Shown here: piece after piece, positions 1 through 11,910 of the stretch
Layout: each line of letters begins with the position of its first letter
How positions within the stretch are numbered: position 1 is the first letter of the stretch
Assembly: GCF_030144855.1 (NCBI RefSeq)
Contig: NC_082712.1
Coordinates: 136,958,001-137,022,000 of the forward strand
Source: Hypanus sabinus
Lineage: Eukaryota
Length of the DNA: 64,000 bases
Direction: 5' to 3'
The notes under the pieces: model-generated
Database searches by the model: none
Told to the model about the DNA's origin: nothing
Seen by the model: the letters and a program-made list of their open reading frames with translations, nothing else
Position numbers and translations under genes: made by a program

Positions 1-329
1 TTTTCGATTTCCTGTAGAATTAACTAGAATTTTATTTTAAACAATGCATTCCTTCCTATAAACTTCAGAACTATTTCCCCTCTCTTCTCCCTCGACCCTC
101 CCCTTCCCTCCCCTCTCCTTTGACCCTCTCCTCTTCCATACCCTCCCCACCCCCTTCTCTCCCCCTCCCCACTCACCCCTCAAAATCGACATAGACGTTT
201 TTAAAAATGGAATTGATTGGTTGCCCAGGCATGTGCTATACTGAGATGTGACATGGGATGTGAATATCAGCAGAAACAATGACAAAATACAAATGGATAT
301 TATAAATATCAAAGGATCATGCAATCAAA

Positions 330-965
330 GACATAATACAGAAAGGAGCCCTTACAGCCATCCCCATCTATGCCAACCATGATGCCCATATACATTAATT
401 TCATTTGCCTGCATTGGCCACATGTCCCTCTATGCCTTTCCTATCCAAGAACCCGTGCAAACAACTTTTAAACATTGGAATTGTACCTGCCTCCACTATC
501 TCCTCAGGTAGTCCATTTTAAATAAATACCAGTCTCCATGTGGAAAACGCTCTCTCTCAAGTCTCCCCTCACCTTAAACTGACAGTAGTTCCAGAGTCCT
601 GTGCCCTTTTCTACAAGGTCACCTCTGTTTCCTATATTTTAGTGAGAATAAATCAATTTCTTTTAACAGCCTGCCATTCCCTAGAACATCTGGTGAATCA
701 CTTCTGTACCTGCTCAATTGTGACTCCATCCTTCCTGTAATGTAGTAACCAGAACTGCGTACAATACCCTACTCCAGGTGCAAACTAGTCAATGCTTTGT
801 ACAACTGCAGTTTAATGTCCCAATTCTTATACTCACCATCTCAGCCTACAAAAGCAGGCGTACTAAATTCCTTTTTAATTTCATGTGTATTGCAACTTTC
901 AGGGAGCTAATGGATTTACACATCAAGGTGTCTCTGTTATCAATGTTCCTTAACCAGTGCCGGAG
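330..965 (-). mobile_element. CR1-like LINE 3' fragment, decayed
   Basis: Reverse complement of the CR1 3' coding/tail pattern seen on + at 5185-6062 (e.g. gtagtaaccagaactgcgtacaatac corresponds to the YCVQFW motif). Boundaries approximate. Confidence 0.6.
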
Positions 966-974
966 AAAACTAGT

Positions 975-1597
975 ACAGACAGACAGGCAGAGATACTTTA
1001 TTGATCCCGAGGGAAATTGGGTTTCATAACAGTTGCACCAACCAAGAATAGAGTAGAAATATAGCAATATAAATCATAAATAATAAAATAATAATCGGTA
1101 AATTATCCCAAGTGGAAATAAGTCCAGGACCAGACTATTGGCTCAGGGTGTCTGACACTCCGAGGGAGGGGTTGTAAAGTTTGATGGTTACAGGAAGGAA
1201 TGACTTCCTATGACGCTCAGTGTTGCATCTCGGTGGAATGAGTCTCTGGCTGAATATAATCCTGTGCCTAACCAGTACATTATGGAGTTGATTGGAGACA
1301 TTGTCCAAGATGGTATGCAACTTGGACAGCATCCTCTTTTCAGACACCACCATCAGAGAGTCCAATTCCACCCCCACAACATCACTGGCCTTACAAATGA
1401 GTTCGTTGAGTCTGTTGGTGTCTGTTACCCTCAGCCTGCTGCGCCAGCACACAACAACAAATATGATAGCACTGGCCACCACAGCCACGTAGAACATCCT
1501 CAGCATCGTCCGACAGATGTTAAAGGACCTCAGTCTCTTCAGAAAGTAGAGACGGCTCTGAACCTTCTTGTAGACAGCCTCAGTGTTCATTGACCAG
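975..1597 (-). mobile_element. Rex1/Babar-like LINE 3' end (post-RT DUF1891-type region)
   Basis: ORF 1135-1617 reads WSMNTEAVYKKVQSRLYFLKRLRSFNICRTMLRMFYVAVVASAIIF...TERHRKSFLPVTIKLYN, the typical C-terminus of this LINE family, followed by a simple-repeat tail near 975-1000. Confidence 0.75.
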
Positions 1598-1599
1598 TC

Positions 1600-2485
1600 G
1601 AGTAGCAAATGTAGCATATCCTACGGGCGCCGCCCACACTAAATGCTTGCAAACCGCAGTCTGGTGATATTGGCATTCTCACCATGTTCTCACTACTGTT
1701 TCAGTGAGTTTTGGGTAGACGATTCAGTTACACTTAAATAAGTGACTTTAGCCAACAGTCTTCTGCTCTTTGACAATGTACTGTGGATTGAGTTCACTTC
1801 CTAAAAGCTGTGAACCCAGTTTCATTCTGACAATAAAATTTACTTTGCACTTTGAGTTTCGGGGAACTTCCTTCGACTCTGAGAACAAACTGAGACTGAC
1901 AGCTTCAGCTCCCGGTAGCAGCCCGTCCTCAGACACACGTCCAGCCAATCAGTGAGTACCGCTGGGAGAAGCATGCTCTCATTGGCTGAGGCCGGAATTT
2001 GGGAGCTGCACTTCGGGTCAAGGCTGCAACACCGGCCGGGGTCTGTCATTCATGGTTACCAGCTGCAGTGCAGAATGCTCATTTTCAAAACTGAAAAGGA
2101 TTAAAAATGAACTAAGGAGCACCATGGGGCAAAACAGATTGAAGAATTTCACTCTAATGAGCATTGAACATGATCTTCTGTGTGAAGTAAACATTTCCAG
2201 TGTCATCAACACATTTGCTCATGCTAAATCTAGAAAATCTAACTTCTAAATTGTAGTTTTGTTACTTTTGACATTTGAAATTGATACCTACATTTACGTA
2301 ATACTATTACTGAAGTGTCAGATATTTGTCGTATTATCTGGCTGTAGAGGAAATGAAAAAAATTAAATTAGTTTACTATGCAAGTAAATAATTTATGTCT
2401 TAATACTTATGTGCATTTTGTTTCTAAATTTAGGGCCCCTTTATAACATATGATCCAGGCCCCACACTAGCTTAATCCAGCCCTG
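1600..2485 (+). mobile_element. hAT (ZMYM1/Tip100-like) transposon 3' remnant
   Basis: ORF 2052-2249 (SAECSFSKLKRIKNELRSTMGQNRL...SIEHD) is the hAT C-terminal dimerisation motif. A TIR-like end cttaatccagccctg lies at 2471-2485. Left end not recognised. Confidence 0.7.
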
Positions 2486-3529
2486 TCCTTAACTCCCTTT
2501 TATTTACTCTGCATTGAAGTTGATCCCTTCGAGTGTATGATCCTCACGCTTGTCTGAATTAAAGTCCATCTGTCACATACCACCCAACTTTCCAGTTGAT
2601 CCATATCCCACAATGCAAGACACTAAATCTGGTTTCAACAGCAAGTCTAACTATACTATAGGGTCAGGCCCGCACTAGAAGAATGGGAACGAGGGATGAA
2701 GAAGAAAAAAATAATTTAGCCAGTTAGTGTGCCGTTTTATACTATGTAACTTCAGATGACTATTTGTATCAGCATGAGATCAAATCTTTGTATATATCCC
2801 AGGTACCTGATACAACACAATATTCCAAATTTATTTGGTGGAAATGTTAAACTACACTTCAATCACTGTTTCACTTTTGGCTAAATAAGTCTGCAGAGCT
2901 GAATATGTCCATTTGTCAGCAATTTCACTTCACTGCCCCATATTGGCAACAGATTGCAGTGAAGACATCAAATTTCACAAAAAATGTTATATAATTTAAT
3001 GTTTGGTAGTATAATATATACTTTTACCTCACAAATTCAAATTTTCTCTTTTTTCCTAAATATTAATTCTTAGAGTTGTGTTGATTCAATATCCAAGAAT
3101 AAAATCGATAGCGTGACAGCAATTAGATTTTATAGCATTTTGGTTATGTAAAATTGGATATGTAAAGTAGATTACAGTCCACAATTGTTCTTCCAAATCT
3201 GAAACCTGCAATTGCTTTCAAACACTTTTCCTATTCCTACATGAGTATTTGTTCATATTCATGTGGTCCACAGCAAGGACATGTTGACACAAAATCAAAG
3301 CTTCCTAACAGAGCATGAACATTTAACATCTAGCCTTGTGAATCAGCTTCAGATACATCGACTTCAACACAGAAACATCTACCTCATAACAATTCCCCCG
3401 GCAACTCTTTAATAGGTCCAACTCCAGCCATCACTCTCACCCTCACTCCACCACCCAAGATGCCAACTGCAGCACCTCATGATGGTCCAAACATAATTGT
3501 TCCAATGTTTTCCCAATTATCTCGAGCCA

Positions 3530-3890
3530 CTCATGGAATCATAAAGCAAGGAAACAGGTTTTAGGCCCACTGATTCTGTGATTAACCATTAAGCGCACAT
3601 TTACAGTACTCCAATCACATTTGAATTTCTCCACATTCACATTAACACCACCCTCGCCCCCCCCCCCCCCCCCAGATTCTGGAATTCACTACACACTAGG
3701 GGAAACTTACACTTTCCATTTAATGTATCAATTTACTCATTGTTAGGATGTGGAAGGAAACCAGAGCACTCGGGAAATTCAGAATAGGAGAGGAGAATGT
3801 GCAAACTCCACAAAGATAGCACTGGGGATCAGGATTGAATCAGGTGTCTCTGAAGCAGCATTCTGTTAGCCTCTGCACTTTGGTGTCCAT
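3530..3890 (-). mobile_element. tRNA-derived SINE, decayed
   Basis: Reverse complement of the SINE at ~35150-35540 (ggaaaccagagcactcggg...gtgcaaactccaca...caggattgaatc). Similar to 13065-13355. Confidence 0.5.
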
Positions 3891-5184
3891 GTCCCCGTGG
3901 CAATTCGATTCCAATTTACGACTACACCCCAAACTCCGAACCTTCTTGACCAGCCTCCCATGCAGGAACTTGTCAAAGGTCTTGCAAAAGTCCATGTGAA
4001 CAATGTCCACTCGTTTCCTTCATCCAACGTTCCTGGAAACATCCTCAGAAATCTTCTTAGGATTAGTTAAGCATGGCTAGCCATACACAAAGCCATTTTG
4101 ACTATCCCTAATCAGTCCCATCTTGACAAGGGCCCCAATATCCCTCAAAAGGCAAGGTTCCCTAAATCTATTTGTGATGCATTTTATTCTAACTGAAACA
4201 TACAATCACAGTACTCTCACAATATTTATATATCCTGTCTGTTATAATAACTTACAGTCATTTACCCACTACTGGCCTCAGGCTCACTGGCCTATAATTT
4301 CCCAGCTTATTCTTATAGCCATTCTTGGCAATGGTAAGCACTTAAGAAAAGCAAAGAAAGGAAACAAGCATAGATTCCCACACATAATGTTTAGATACCA
4401 CAAGAACAAAAGAGATTACAAACAAGAACAGACCACTCGGCCCTTCAATGTTACCCTGGCATTCAACGTGTTCATAACTGTTCTATCTCACACTTAATTT
4501 CCTTTTAGGCGCTACCACCCCATAGCCCTCAATCACATCTTCTTTCTAAAATGTTTCCATTTCCTCTTGAAACACCCCCAGTGATCCAGTTTCCACAACC
4601 CTCACCTCCCCATCCATTGTCAAGTTCAAGTTTATTGTCATTCAACCATGCACATGTATATCGCTAAATGACAGAACATTCCTCCAGACCAAGGTACACA
4701 ATACAGTACCTATAACACAAAGTAATATTACCACAAGTAAATTAACAACTATTAAGGTGCACACCACTCAGAACTAACCTACTTTTTCTCTTTCCCAGTT
4801 GTAATAAATGATCTTTGACCCAAACATTAATGTTTCCTCTTTACGCAGCTATTGAGAATAACTTTGCCACTTTGTCTTTTTATTCTATTACATCATAGAT
4901 TTTTAAAAGCCTTGCCTCATGCTCGCATGTAGTAAGAGACATTTTAGACAATGCAGCCATACTCCAGAACACAAAGCAGATAGATCTGAGAAACTGCAAA
5001 GAGAGGGGGAGAGTGGGAGAAAAAGAATGCTAATATTTGGTATCGCTATATTGTTCTGAGTCTCCAGCTCAAATCTCATCTGATATACTCATTCAATGTT
5101 AAATAATAAACCAGTTTGTTCATCCATAGGAAGATGTATTCATATATTTTAGACTTCTGAATTTAAAAGTATGGAAGTCATTCA

Positions 5185-6062
5185 TACATGGGGATGTTGT
5201 GGATAGTCTGGAGGATTGTCAGATGTTACAGCGGGACATTGATAGACTGAGAAGTAGCAGATGGACTTCATTCCAGTTAAGTGTGAAGTGGTTAATTTTA
5301 GAAGGTCCAGTTTGAAGAAGGAATATAATATAAATTGTAAGACTCTTCATAGTGTGGAGGATCTGAGAGATCTCAGGGTCCATGTCGATAGGACACTCAA
5401 AGCTGCTGCACAGGTTGACAGTGTTGTAAAGAAGGTGTATGGTGAGTTGGCATTCATCAACCATGGGATTGAGTTTGAGAACCATGAGTTAATGTTACAG
5501 CTATTCAAGACCTTGGCCAGACCCCACTTGGAGTTCTGTGTTCAGTTCTGGTCACCTCACCAAGGACGTGGATACTATAGAGAGCGTGCAGAGGAGATTG
5601 ACAAGGATGTTGCCTGGATTGGAGGGCATGCCTTATGAGAATAGGTTGAGTGTACTTGGCCTTTTCTCCTTGCAGCAATGGAGAATGAGAGGTGATCTGA
5701 TAGAGGTGTAAAGGATGATGAGGGGAATATGATTGTGTGGATAGCCCAAAGCTATTTCCCAGGGCTAAAATGGCTAACACGAGGGCGCATAATTTTAAGA
5801 TGCTTGGAAATAGATACCGAGGGGATGTCAAGGGTAAGTTTTTCACACAATGAGTGCTGGCTGCATGGGATGCAATCTCCGTGGCGGTAGTGGAAGTGGA
5901 TACAATAAGATCATTTAAGAGCATCTTAGGTCATCGAGCTTAGAAAAATGGAGGGCTACGCGCTAGGGAAATTCTAGGTGATCTCTAGAGTAGGTAACAT
6001 AGTCGTCACAACATTGTGGGCTGAATGGCCTGTAATGTGTGGTAAATATCTATGTTCTATGT
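5185..6062 (+). mobile_element. CR1-like LINE 3' end
   Basis: ORF 5261-5638 contains LQLFKTLARPHLEFCVQFWSP. The tail is ...ttgtgggctgaatggcctgtaatgtg...tatgttctatg. Stops and frameshifts present. Confidence 0.8.
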
Positions 6063-6649
6063 GAGTAAATCAGGCATTCATAACCTGGAAATGGCCTGTG
6101 CATGCCTTTAGAGTATGGCACATTCAGTAATGTTACTTTTATGAAAGTTAAGAGTTTAAATTGTATCAAGTCGGCTTGGGCTTGAATGATTGATGCGCTA
6201 GGCTTGGGCTTCGATGTTTGATTAAAATAATTAAAAAGCGTTTGATGGAATAGATAAATCAAGATTGAAGATAACTTTAAAATTAATATCTGGCCATTCC
6301 GGTGATGTCAGGAAACACCTCATGTATAGTGAAGAATAACCATTCACCAAAAAGGCATTGAAGCAGAAAAGTAAAGAATATGTCAGAACTGCTACCAATA
6401 GCCCTTAGACCTCCAGAAAATAAATAAGTCTGGAAAAGGAAAATATAGCAAATCTCAGTTAATGGTAACCAGAAACACGTTGAAAGCCCTTTTTGATTCA
6501 CTAAAGTCTTTCAGGGAAGGAATTACACATAAATTGATTGTATGTGTTTCACACAAGCATAGGGCAACCCAAATAAGGATCAATTTCACTGTGTAGAAAT
6601 GGCACAGTATCAGCATTCCCTTGGTGTCACAAGCATGAAAAAATATTCA

Positions 6650-7550
6650 ATCACAAACAAGTGAAAATCTGCAGATGCTGAAAATCCAAGCAACACACAC
6701 TAAATGCTGGAGCAACTCAGCTGGCCAGGCAGCAGTTATAGAAAAGAGTAAACCGTCTACAATTCAAACCGCGACCCTTCAGCAGGACTGGAGAAAATAG
6801 ATGAGGAGTCAGAAGGTGTGGGGAGGGGTGAATAAAGAGCTGGGAAGTTGATTGGTGAAAGAGATACAGGGCTGGAGAAGGGGGAATTTAATAGGAGAAG
6901 ACAGAAGGCCATGGAAGAAAGAAAAGTTAGAGAAGTACCAGAGGGAGGTGAAAGGCAGGCAAGGAATAAGGTGAAAGAGGGAAAAGGGGATAGGGAATGG
7001 TGGTGGGGGAGGGAGCCATAATGGAAAGTTCGAGAAATCAGTGTTTATGCACTTAGATCGGAGGGTACCCAGACAGAATATAAAGTGTTACTATTCCAAC
7101 CAGAGTTTGGCCTGATAGTGATAGTGGAGGAGACCATGGATTGACATGTTAGAATGGGAAGTGGAATTAAAATTGGTGGCCACTGGGAGATCCCGCTTTT
7201 TCTGTCGGACAGAGCGTAGGTGCTCGGCAAAGCAGTCTCCCAATCTATATTGGTTCTCACCGACATAGAGGAGGCCACACCAGGAACACCGGACACAGTA
7301 GATCACCCCAACAGACTCACAGGCGAAGCATCGTCTCATCTGGAAAGACTTTTTGGGGCCCTGAATGGTGCTGAGGGAGGAGGTGTAGGGACAGATATAG
7401 TACTTGTCCGTCCCCTGACAACCTAAGACTGACTGCTCATCTTTTTTTCTCCAGTCCTGTTGACATGTCTAGGGCCAAAACGTCAACTGTACTCTTTGCC
7501 ATAGATGCTGCCTAGCCTGCTGAGTTCCTCCAGCATTTTGTGTGTTTTGC
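6650..7550 (-). mobile_element. Penelope-like element fragment (GIY-YIG endonuclease C-terminus with inverted terminal repeat pieces), copy 1
   Basis: ORF 7091-7339 reads FACESVGVIYCVRCSWCGLLYVGENQYRLGDCFAEHLRSV (VIY-x10-YVG GIY-YIG-type motif). Flanked by oppositely oriented copies of aatgctggagcaactcagc...ggcagca (~6700-6735 and ~7505-7545). Confidence 0.75.
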
Positions 7551-7959
7551 GTGAAAATATCCAGTCCTCTTGTTTCTTTTTAGTGTGGAAGAAAGGGACA
7601 AGAGAATATGAAATTACCTAATGTATGTGAAAAGCCCAAGTATCTATAGGCCATCCATAAAACATTAAAATGCAGACAAGCCTCAATTATCCATGTGACC
7701 TTTACAAGCAAGTAATATTAAATTAGATGACACCACTGGAGCAAATCCTGAGACCCTACAACTGACCTTGTATTCCTCATGTCTTACTGATCTCCTGGGA
7801 AGGGGATTCAATGTAAACAACGATACCCACTTCGGTAACTGCCTCTAGACAATGACCTCGGGGGCACCCAAAATTGGGAGGGGTAAACATATAGAAATAC
7901 TTCCATGCACTTAGAAATATGGAAACCGATATGAGAAACTAATTTGTGATTTAGTGGGA

Positions 7960-8600
7960 GATTCACTTTGTCCCGGAAGTCCATGCAGCATAACCCTCAA
8001 AGCCGAAGGCTGGATCACCGGATCGGACCGAGCCCCCGCCCCTCGTTTTACCTGAAAGTCGGAGCAGAGCCAAGACCGCGACCACCCGGGGTACGAGGCG
8101 CGGCAGAAATTTCCCGGCGCAGCCCATGGCCTCTCCACTTTTCTTCATTTCTCCGTGTGAACGCCGGGGCGGTGACGGACTCGCACTTCACTTTCGCGAG
8201 GGCTTGGCGCTGCGCCTGGGCGGTCTCGCTGAGGGCAGAAACCCCCAACCCGAGTCGTGTTCCGCCACCATTTTCATCGTCGGCGGGCGAGAGAGCCGAG
8301 GCAACCTGGACGTCGACGAGCTTTCATCCCACCGGTCCAGGACTCTTACAACTCGGGATGCCGCGGAACGCTGTCTGTGTTACAATGAAAGCCGATCATG
8401 GCAGAAAGAGCAACAATTCCTGATCAGTGCCCTCCTCATTGGAATGTCTCCCATCGCCGCTCCACTCTCACCCGCTCCCTTTCTGTTCCCATTCCCTCCC
8501 CTCAGTGTCATCTCCCGCCTCCCCTCTACTTCATGACGTTATTTAATAATATATTGCTTTTTTTTCAGCAAACCGATTGGTGACGTAAGATGCTGAGACG
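7960..8600 (-). promoter_or_regulatory. CpG island / promoter, copy 1
   Basis: Dense CpG/GC stretch in an AT-rich background. CCAAT box (attgg 8576-8580) abuts CRE-like tgacgtaa (8581-8588), with a second tgacgt at 8534-8539. It precedes a signal-peptide exon on the minus strand. Confidence 0.75.
8052..8148 (-). CDS. First coding exon (signal peptide) of an unidentified secreted/membrane protein gene, copy 1
   Basis: Reads M(KKSGEAM)GCAGKFLPRLVPRVVAVLALLRLS-G|gtaaaa. ATGs at 8148 and 8127 (gccATGG Kozak context), hydrophobic core, phase-1 GT donor at 8051-8050. Downstream exons were not identified in the window. Confidence 0.7.
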
Positions 8601-8966
8601 GAACAAAATGGTAGATTTGTTTTTTCTTGTCATATGGGCTGAGGTACACTGAAAGCATTTTGTCTTGCATACCGTCTATACAAATCAATTCATCACAACA
8701 GTGCGAGATAAAACAACCCGTTGAAGGAGCTGAGCGTCTCACTTGGCATCTGTAAATGAAAAGAGTAAACCGTCGACGATTCAGACTGAGACCCTTCAGC
8801 AGGACTGGAGAAAATAGATGAGGAGTCAGAAGGTGTGGGGAGGGGTGAATAAAGAGCTGGGAAGTTGATTGGTGAAAGAGATACAGGGCTGGAGAAGGGG
8901 GAATCTAATAGGAGAGGACAGAAGGCCATGGAAGAAAGAAAAGTAAGAGAAGTACCAGAGGGAGGG

Positions 8967-9484
8967 GAAAGGCAGGCAAGGAATAAGGTGAGAGAGGGAA
9001 AAGGGGATAGGGAATGGTGAAAGGCAGGCAAGGAATAAGGTGAGAGAGGGAAAAGGGGATAGGGAATGGTGAAAGGCAGGCAAGGAATAAGGTGAGAGAG
9101 GGAAAAGGCGATAGGGAATGGTGAAGGGCAGGCAAGGAATAAGGTGAGAGGGAAAAGGGGATAGGGAATGGTGAAAGGCAGGCAAGGAATAAGGTGGGAG
9201 AGGGAAAAGGCGATAGGAAATGGTGAAAGGCAGGCAAGGAATAAGGTGAGAGAGGGAAAAGGGGATAGGGAATGGTGAAAGGCAGGCAAGGAATAAGGTG
9301 GGAGAGGGAAAAGGCGATAGGAAATGGGGAAAGGCAGGCAAGGAATAAGGTGAGAGAGGGAAAAGGGGATAGGGAATGGTGAAAGGCAGGCAAGGAATAA
9401 GGTGGGAGAGGGAAAAGGCGATAGGAAATGGGGAAAGGCAGGCAAGGAATAAGGTGAGAGAGGAAAAAGGGGATAGGAAATGGT
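8967..9484. repeat. Purine-rich minisatellite, ~52-bp unit, about 10 copies
   Basis: Unit gaaaggcaggcaaggaataaggtg(a/g)gagagggaaaagg(g/c)gatagg(g/a)aatgg(t/g) repeated head-to-tail. Present once at ~6950-7002 in duplication copy 1. Confidence 0.95.
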
Positions 9485-9579
9485 GAAGGGTGGGAGAAAG
9501 CCATAACGGGAAATCTGAGAAATTAATGTTTATGCATTTTGATTGTAGGCTACCCGGATGGAATATAAGGTGTTACTAC

Positions 9580-10395
9580 TGTTATGAACCCCGTAACTGG
9601 GTCAATTACCAGCAAAAATGGAGAGGTCCTTTGAAGTTTGATGGTACTATTTTAACAGTATTTATTTGTAAAAATACACAAAAATAATATTAATGCAAAT
9701 ATACCGATAATATACGTCGTCAATACTATATCTAAAAGTGCGGGTATAATAATAATAAGAAATAAGCTCTATCGTTGTCTAGGGGATAAATGTATTGTCC
9801 AATGGAAATATAAAAGTCTCTCAGTTCATTCAGGCTGCAGCCTTTGTTGGAGAGAGAGAGATTTTTAGAAACTTACCGGCTTTCCTTTTTATGATTTCAA
9901 TCCGTCGGAGTCTCGTTGGTGTGGCCGTTCACTTGTGGCCTCTCCTTTAGCTAAGCCGTTCTTCCGTGATGAGCCCGCTACCCTGGCACAAGGGCCCTCA
10001 CTGGCGTTCGCTATAAAACGCTTTCCCGCGTTTCTCCTGGTGCGTCTAAAGGGGCTGTTCCCCAGACCCTCTTTTATCCTTACTCACGGGGTCTCAGATG
10101 TCAATCAGGTTGGGATGATGCAATCCCTCACCCAGCCCACTCTGGTCATCTCCTGAGGGGCTTCAATGTATAGTACAGTACTCAATACACAATTCCGTCT
10201 CCAAGAGACAATGGCCGTTATCAGGGGTTTTTGTTTCGCTGAGGCCAGGACACATTCCAAACCTTGTGGATTCTGCGTGTCTCTCTCTCATTTCCTGGGT
10301 CCCAGACCCGAATTAATAGTGATCTTGCGATTCTCAAAAAGGAGGGGGCTACTTTGTACCCTTCGGCCCCTCAGAGTTGTTGCACATTCGTAACA
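9580..10395 (-). mobile_element. Solo LTR (Gypsy-like), 4-bp TSD CTAC
   Basis: Runs TGTTATG...GTAACA with ctac at 9576-9579 and 10396-10399. The empty site is visible in copy 1 (~7086-7100). Related to 53395-54296. Orientation inferred. Confidence 0.85.
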
Positions 10396-10860
10396 CTACT
10401 CCAACCAGAGTTTGGCCTCATAGTGACAGTAGAGGAGACCATGGATTGACATGTTAGAATGGGAATGGGAAGTGGAATTAAATTGTGTGGCCACTGGGAG
10501 CTCCCGCTTTTTCTGTCGGACAGAGCGTAGGTGCTCGGCAAAGCAGTCTCCCAATCTATATTGGTTCTCACCGACATAGAGGAGGCCACACCAGGAGCAC
10601 CGGACACAGTAGATCACCCCAACAGACTCACAGGCGAAGCATCGTCTCATCTGGAAAGACTTTTTGGGGCCCTGAATGGTGCTGAGGGAGGAGGTGTAGG
10701 GACAGATATAGTACTTGTCCGTCCCCTGACAACCTAAGACTGACTGCTCATCTTTTTTTCTCCAGTCCTGCTTAAGTGTCTAGGGCCAAAACGTCAACTG
10801 TACTCTTTGCCATAGATGCTGCCTAGCCTGCTGAGTTCCTCCAGCATTTTGTGTGTTTTG
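10396..10860 (-). mobile_element. Penelope-like GIY-YIG fragment, copy 2
   Basis: ORF 10396-10650 is near-identical to 7091-7339. Confidence 0.75.
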
Positions 10861-11269
10861 CCTGAAAATATCCAGTCCTCTTGTTTCTTTTTAGTGTGGA
10901 AGAAAGGGACAAGAGAATATGAAATTACCTAATGTATGTGAAAAGCCCAAATATCTATAGGCCATCCATAAAACATTAAATGCGGACAAGCCTCAATTAT
11001 CCATGTGACCTTTACAAGCAAGTAATATTAAATTAGATGACACCATTGGAGCAAATCCTGAGACCCTACAACTGACCTTGTATTCCTCATGTCTTACCGA
11101 TCTCCTGGGAAGGGGATTCAACGTAAACAACGATACCCACTTCGGTAACTGCCTCTAGACAATGACCTCGGGGGCACCCAAAATCGGGAGGGGTAAACAT
11201 CTGGAAATACTTCCATGCACTTAGAAATATGGAAACCGATATGAGAAACTAATTTGTGATTTAGTGGGA

Positions 11270-11910
11270 GATTCACTTTGTCCCGCTAGTCCATGCAGCA
11301 TAACCCTCAAAGCCGAAGGCTGGATCACCGGATCAGACCGAGCCCCCGCCCCTCGTTTTACCTGAAAGTCGGAGCAGAGCCAAGACCGCGACCACCCGGG
11401 GTACGAGGCGCGGCAGAAATTTCCCGGCGCAGCCCATGGCCTCTCCACTTTTCTTCATTTCTCCGTGTGAACGCCGGGGCGGTGACGGACTCGCACTTCA
11501 CTTTCGCGAGGGCTTGGCGCTGCGCCTGGGCGGTCTCGCTGAGGGCAGAAACCCCCAACCCGAGTCGTGTTCCGCCACCATTTTCATCGTCGGCGGGCGA
11601 GAGAGCCGAGGCAACCTGGACGTCGACGAGCTTTCATCCCACCGGTCCAGGACTCTTACAACTCGGGATGCCGCGGAACGCTGTCTGTGTTACAATGAAA
11701 GCCGATCATGGCAGAAAGAGCAACAACTCCTGATCAGTGCCCTCCTCATTGGAATGTCTCCCATCGCCGCTCCACTCTCACCCGCTCCCTTTCTGTTCCC
11801 ATTCCCTCCCCTCAGTGTCATCTCCCGCCTCCCCTCTACTTCATGACGTTATTTAATAATATATTGATTTTTTTTTCAGCAAACCGATTGGTGACGTAAG
11901 ATGCTGAGAC
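11270..11910 (-). promoter_or_regulatory. CpG island / promoter, copy 2
   Basis: Near-identical to 7960-8600, including CCAAT and CRE-like motifs (aaccgattggtgacgtaa at ~11882-11899). Confidence 0.75.
11362..11458 (-). CDS. Signal-peptide first exon, copy 2
   Basis: Appears identical by eye to 8052-8148 (offset 3310 bp), with the GT donor retained. Confidence 0.65.

Larger units (their letters stand above)
6741..8757. repeat. Tandem segmental duplication, copy 1 (~2.0 kb)
   Basis: The sequence from gaaaagagtaaaccgtc (6741) to cacttggcatctgtaaat recurs nearly identically from 8758. Confidence 0.9.

Noticed and set aside
3028-3055. Possible 28-bp second exon (GKKRKFEFV) of the signal-peptide gene
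   Set aside because: Only AG/GT dinucleotides support it. There is no recognisable homology, and it changes phase.
7911-8536. Several overlapping 60-150 aa ORFs on both strands (and their copies at 11221-11846)
   Set aside because: They are stop-poor CpG-island artefacts. Only the leader-encoding frame with a splice donor is supported.
8693-9504. Long minus-strand ORFs (250, 171, 199 aa) rich in P/F/S/L, and a superficially CRISPR-like repeat array
   Set aside because: They are translations of the pyrimidine strand of the 52-bp minisatellite. Units are head-to-tail with no unique spacers, there are no cas genes, and the DNA is eukaryotic.
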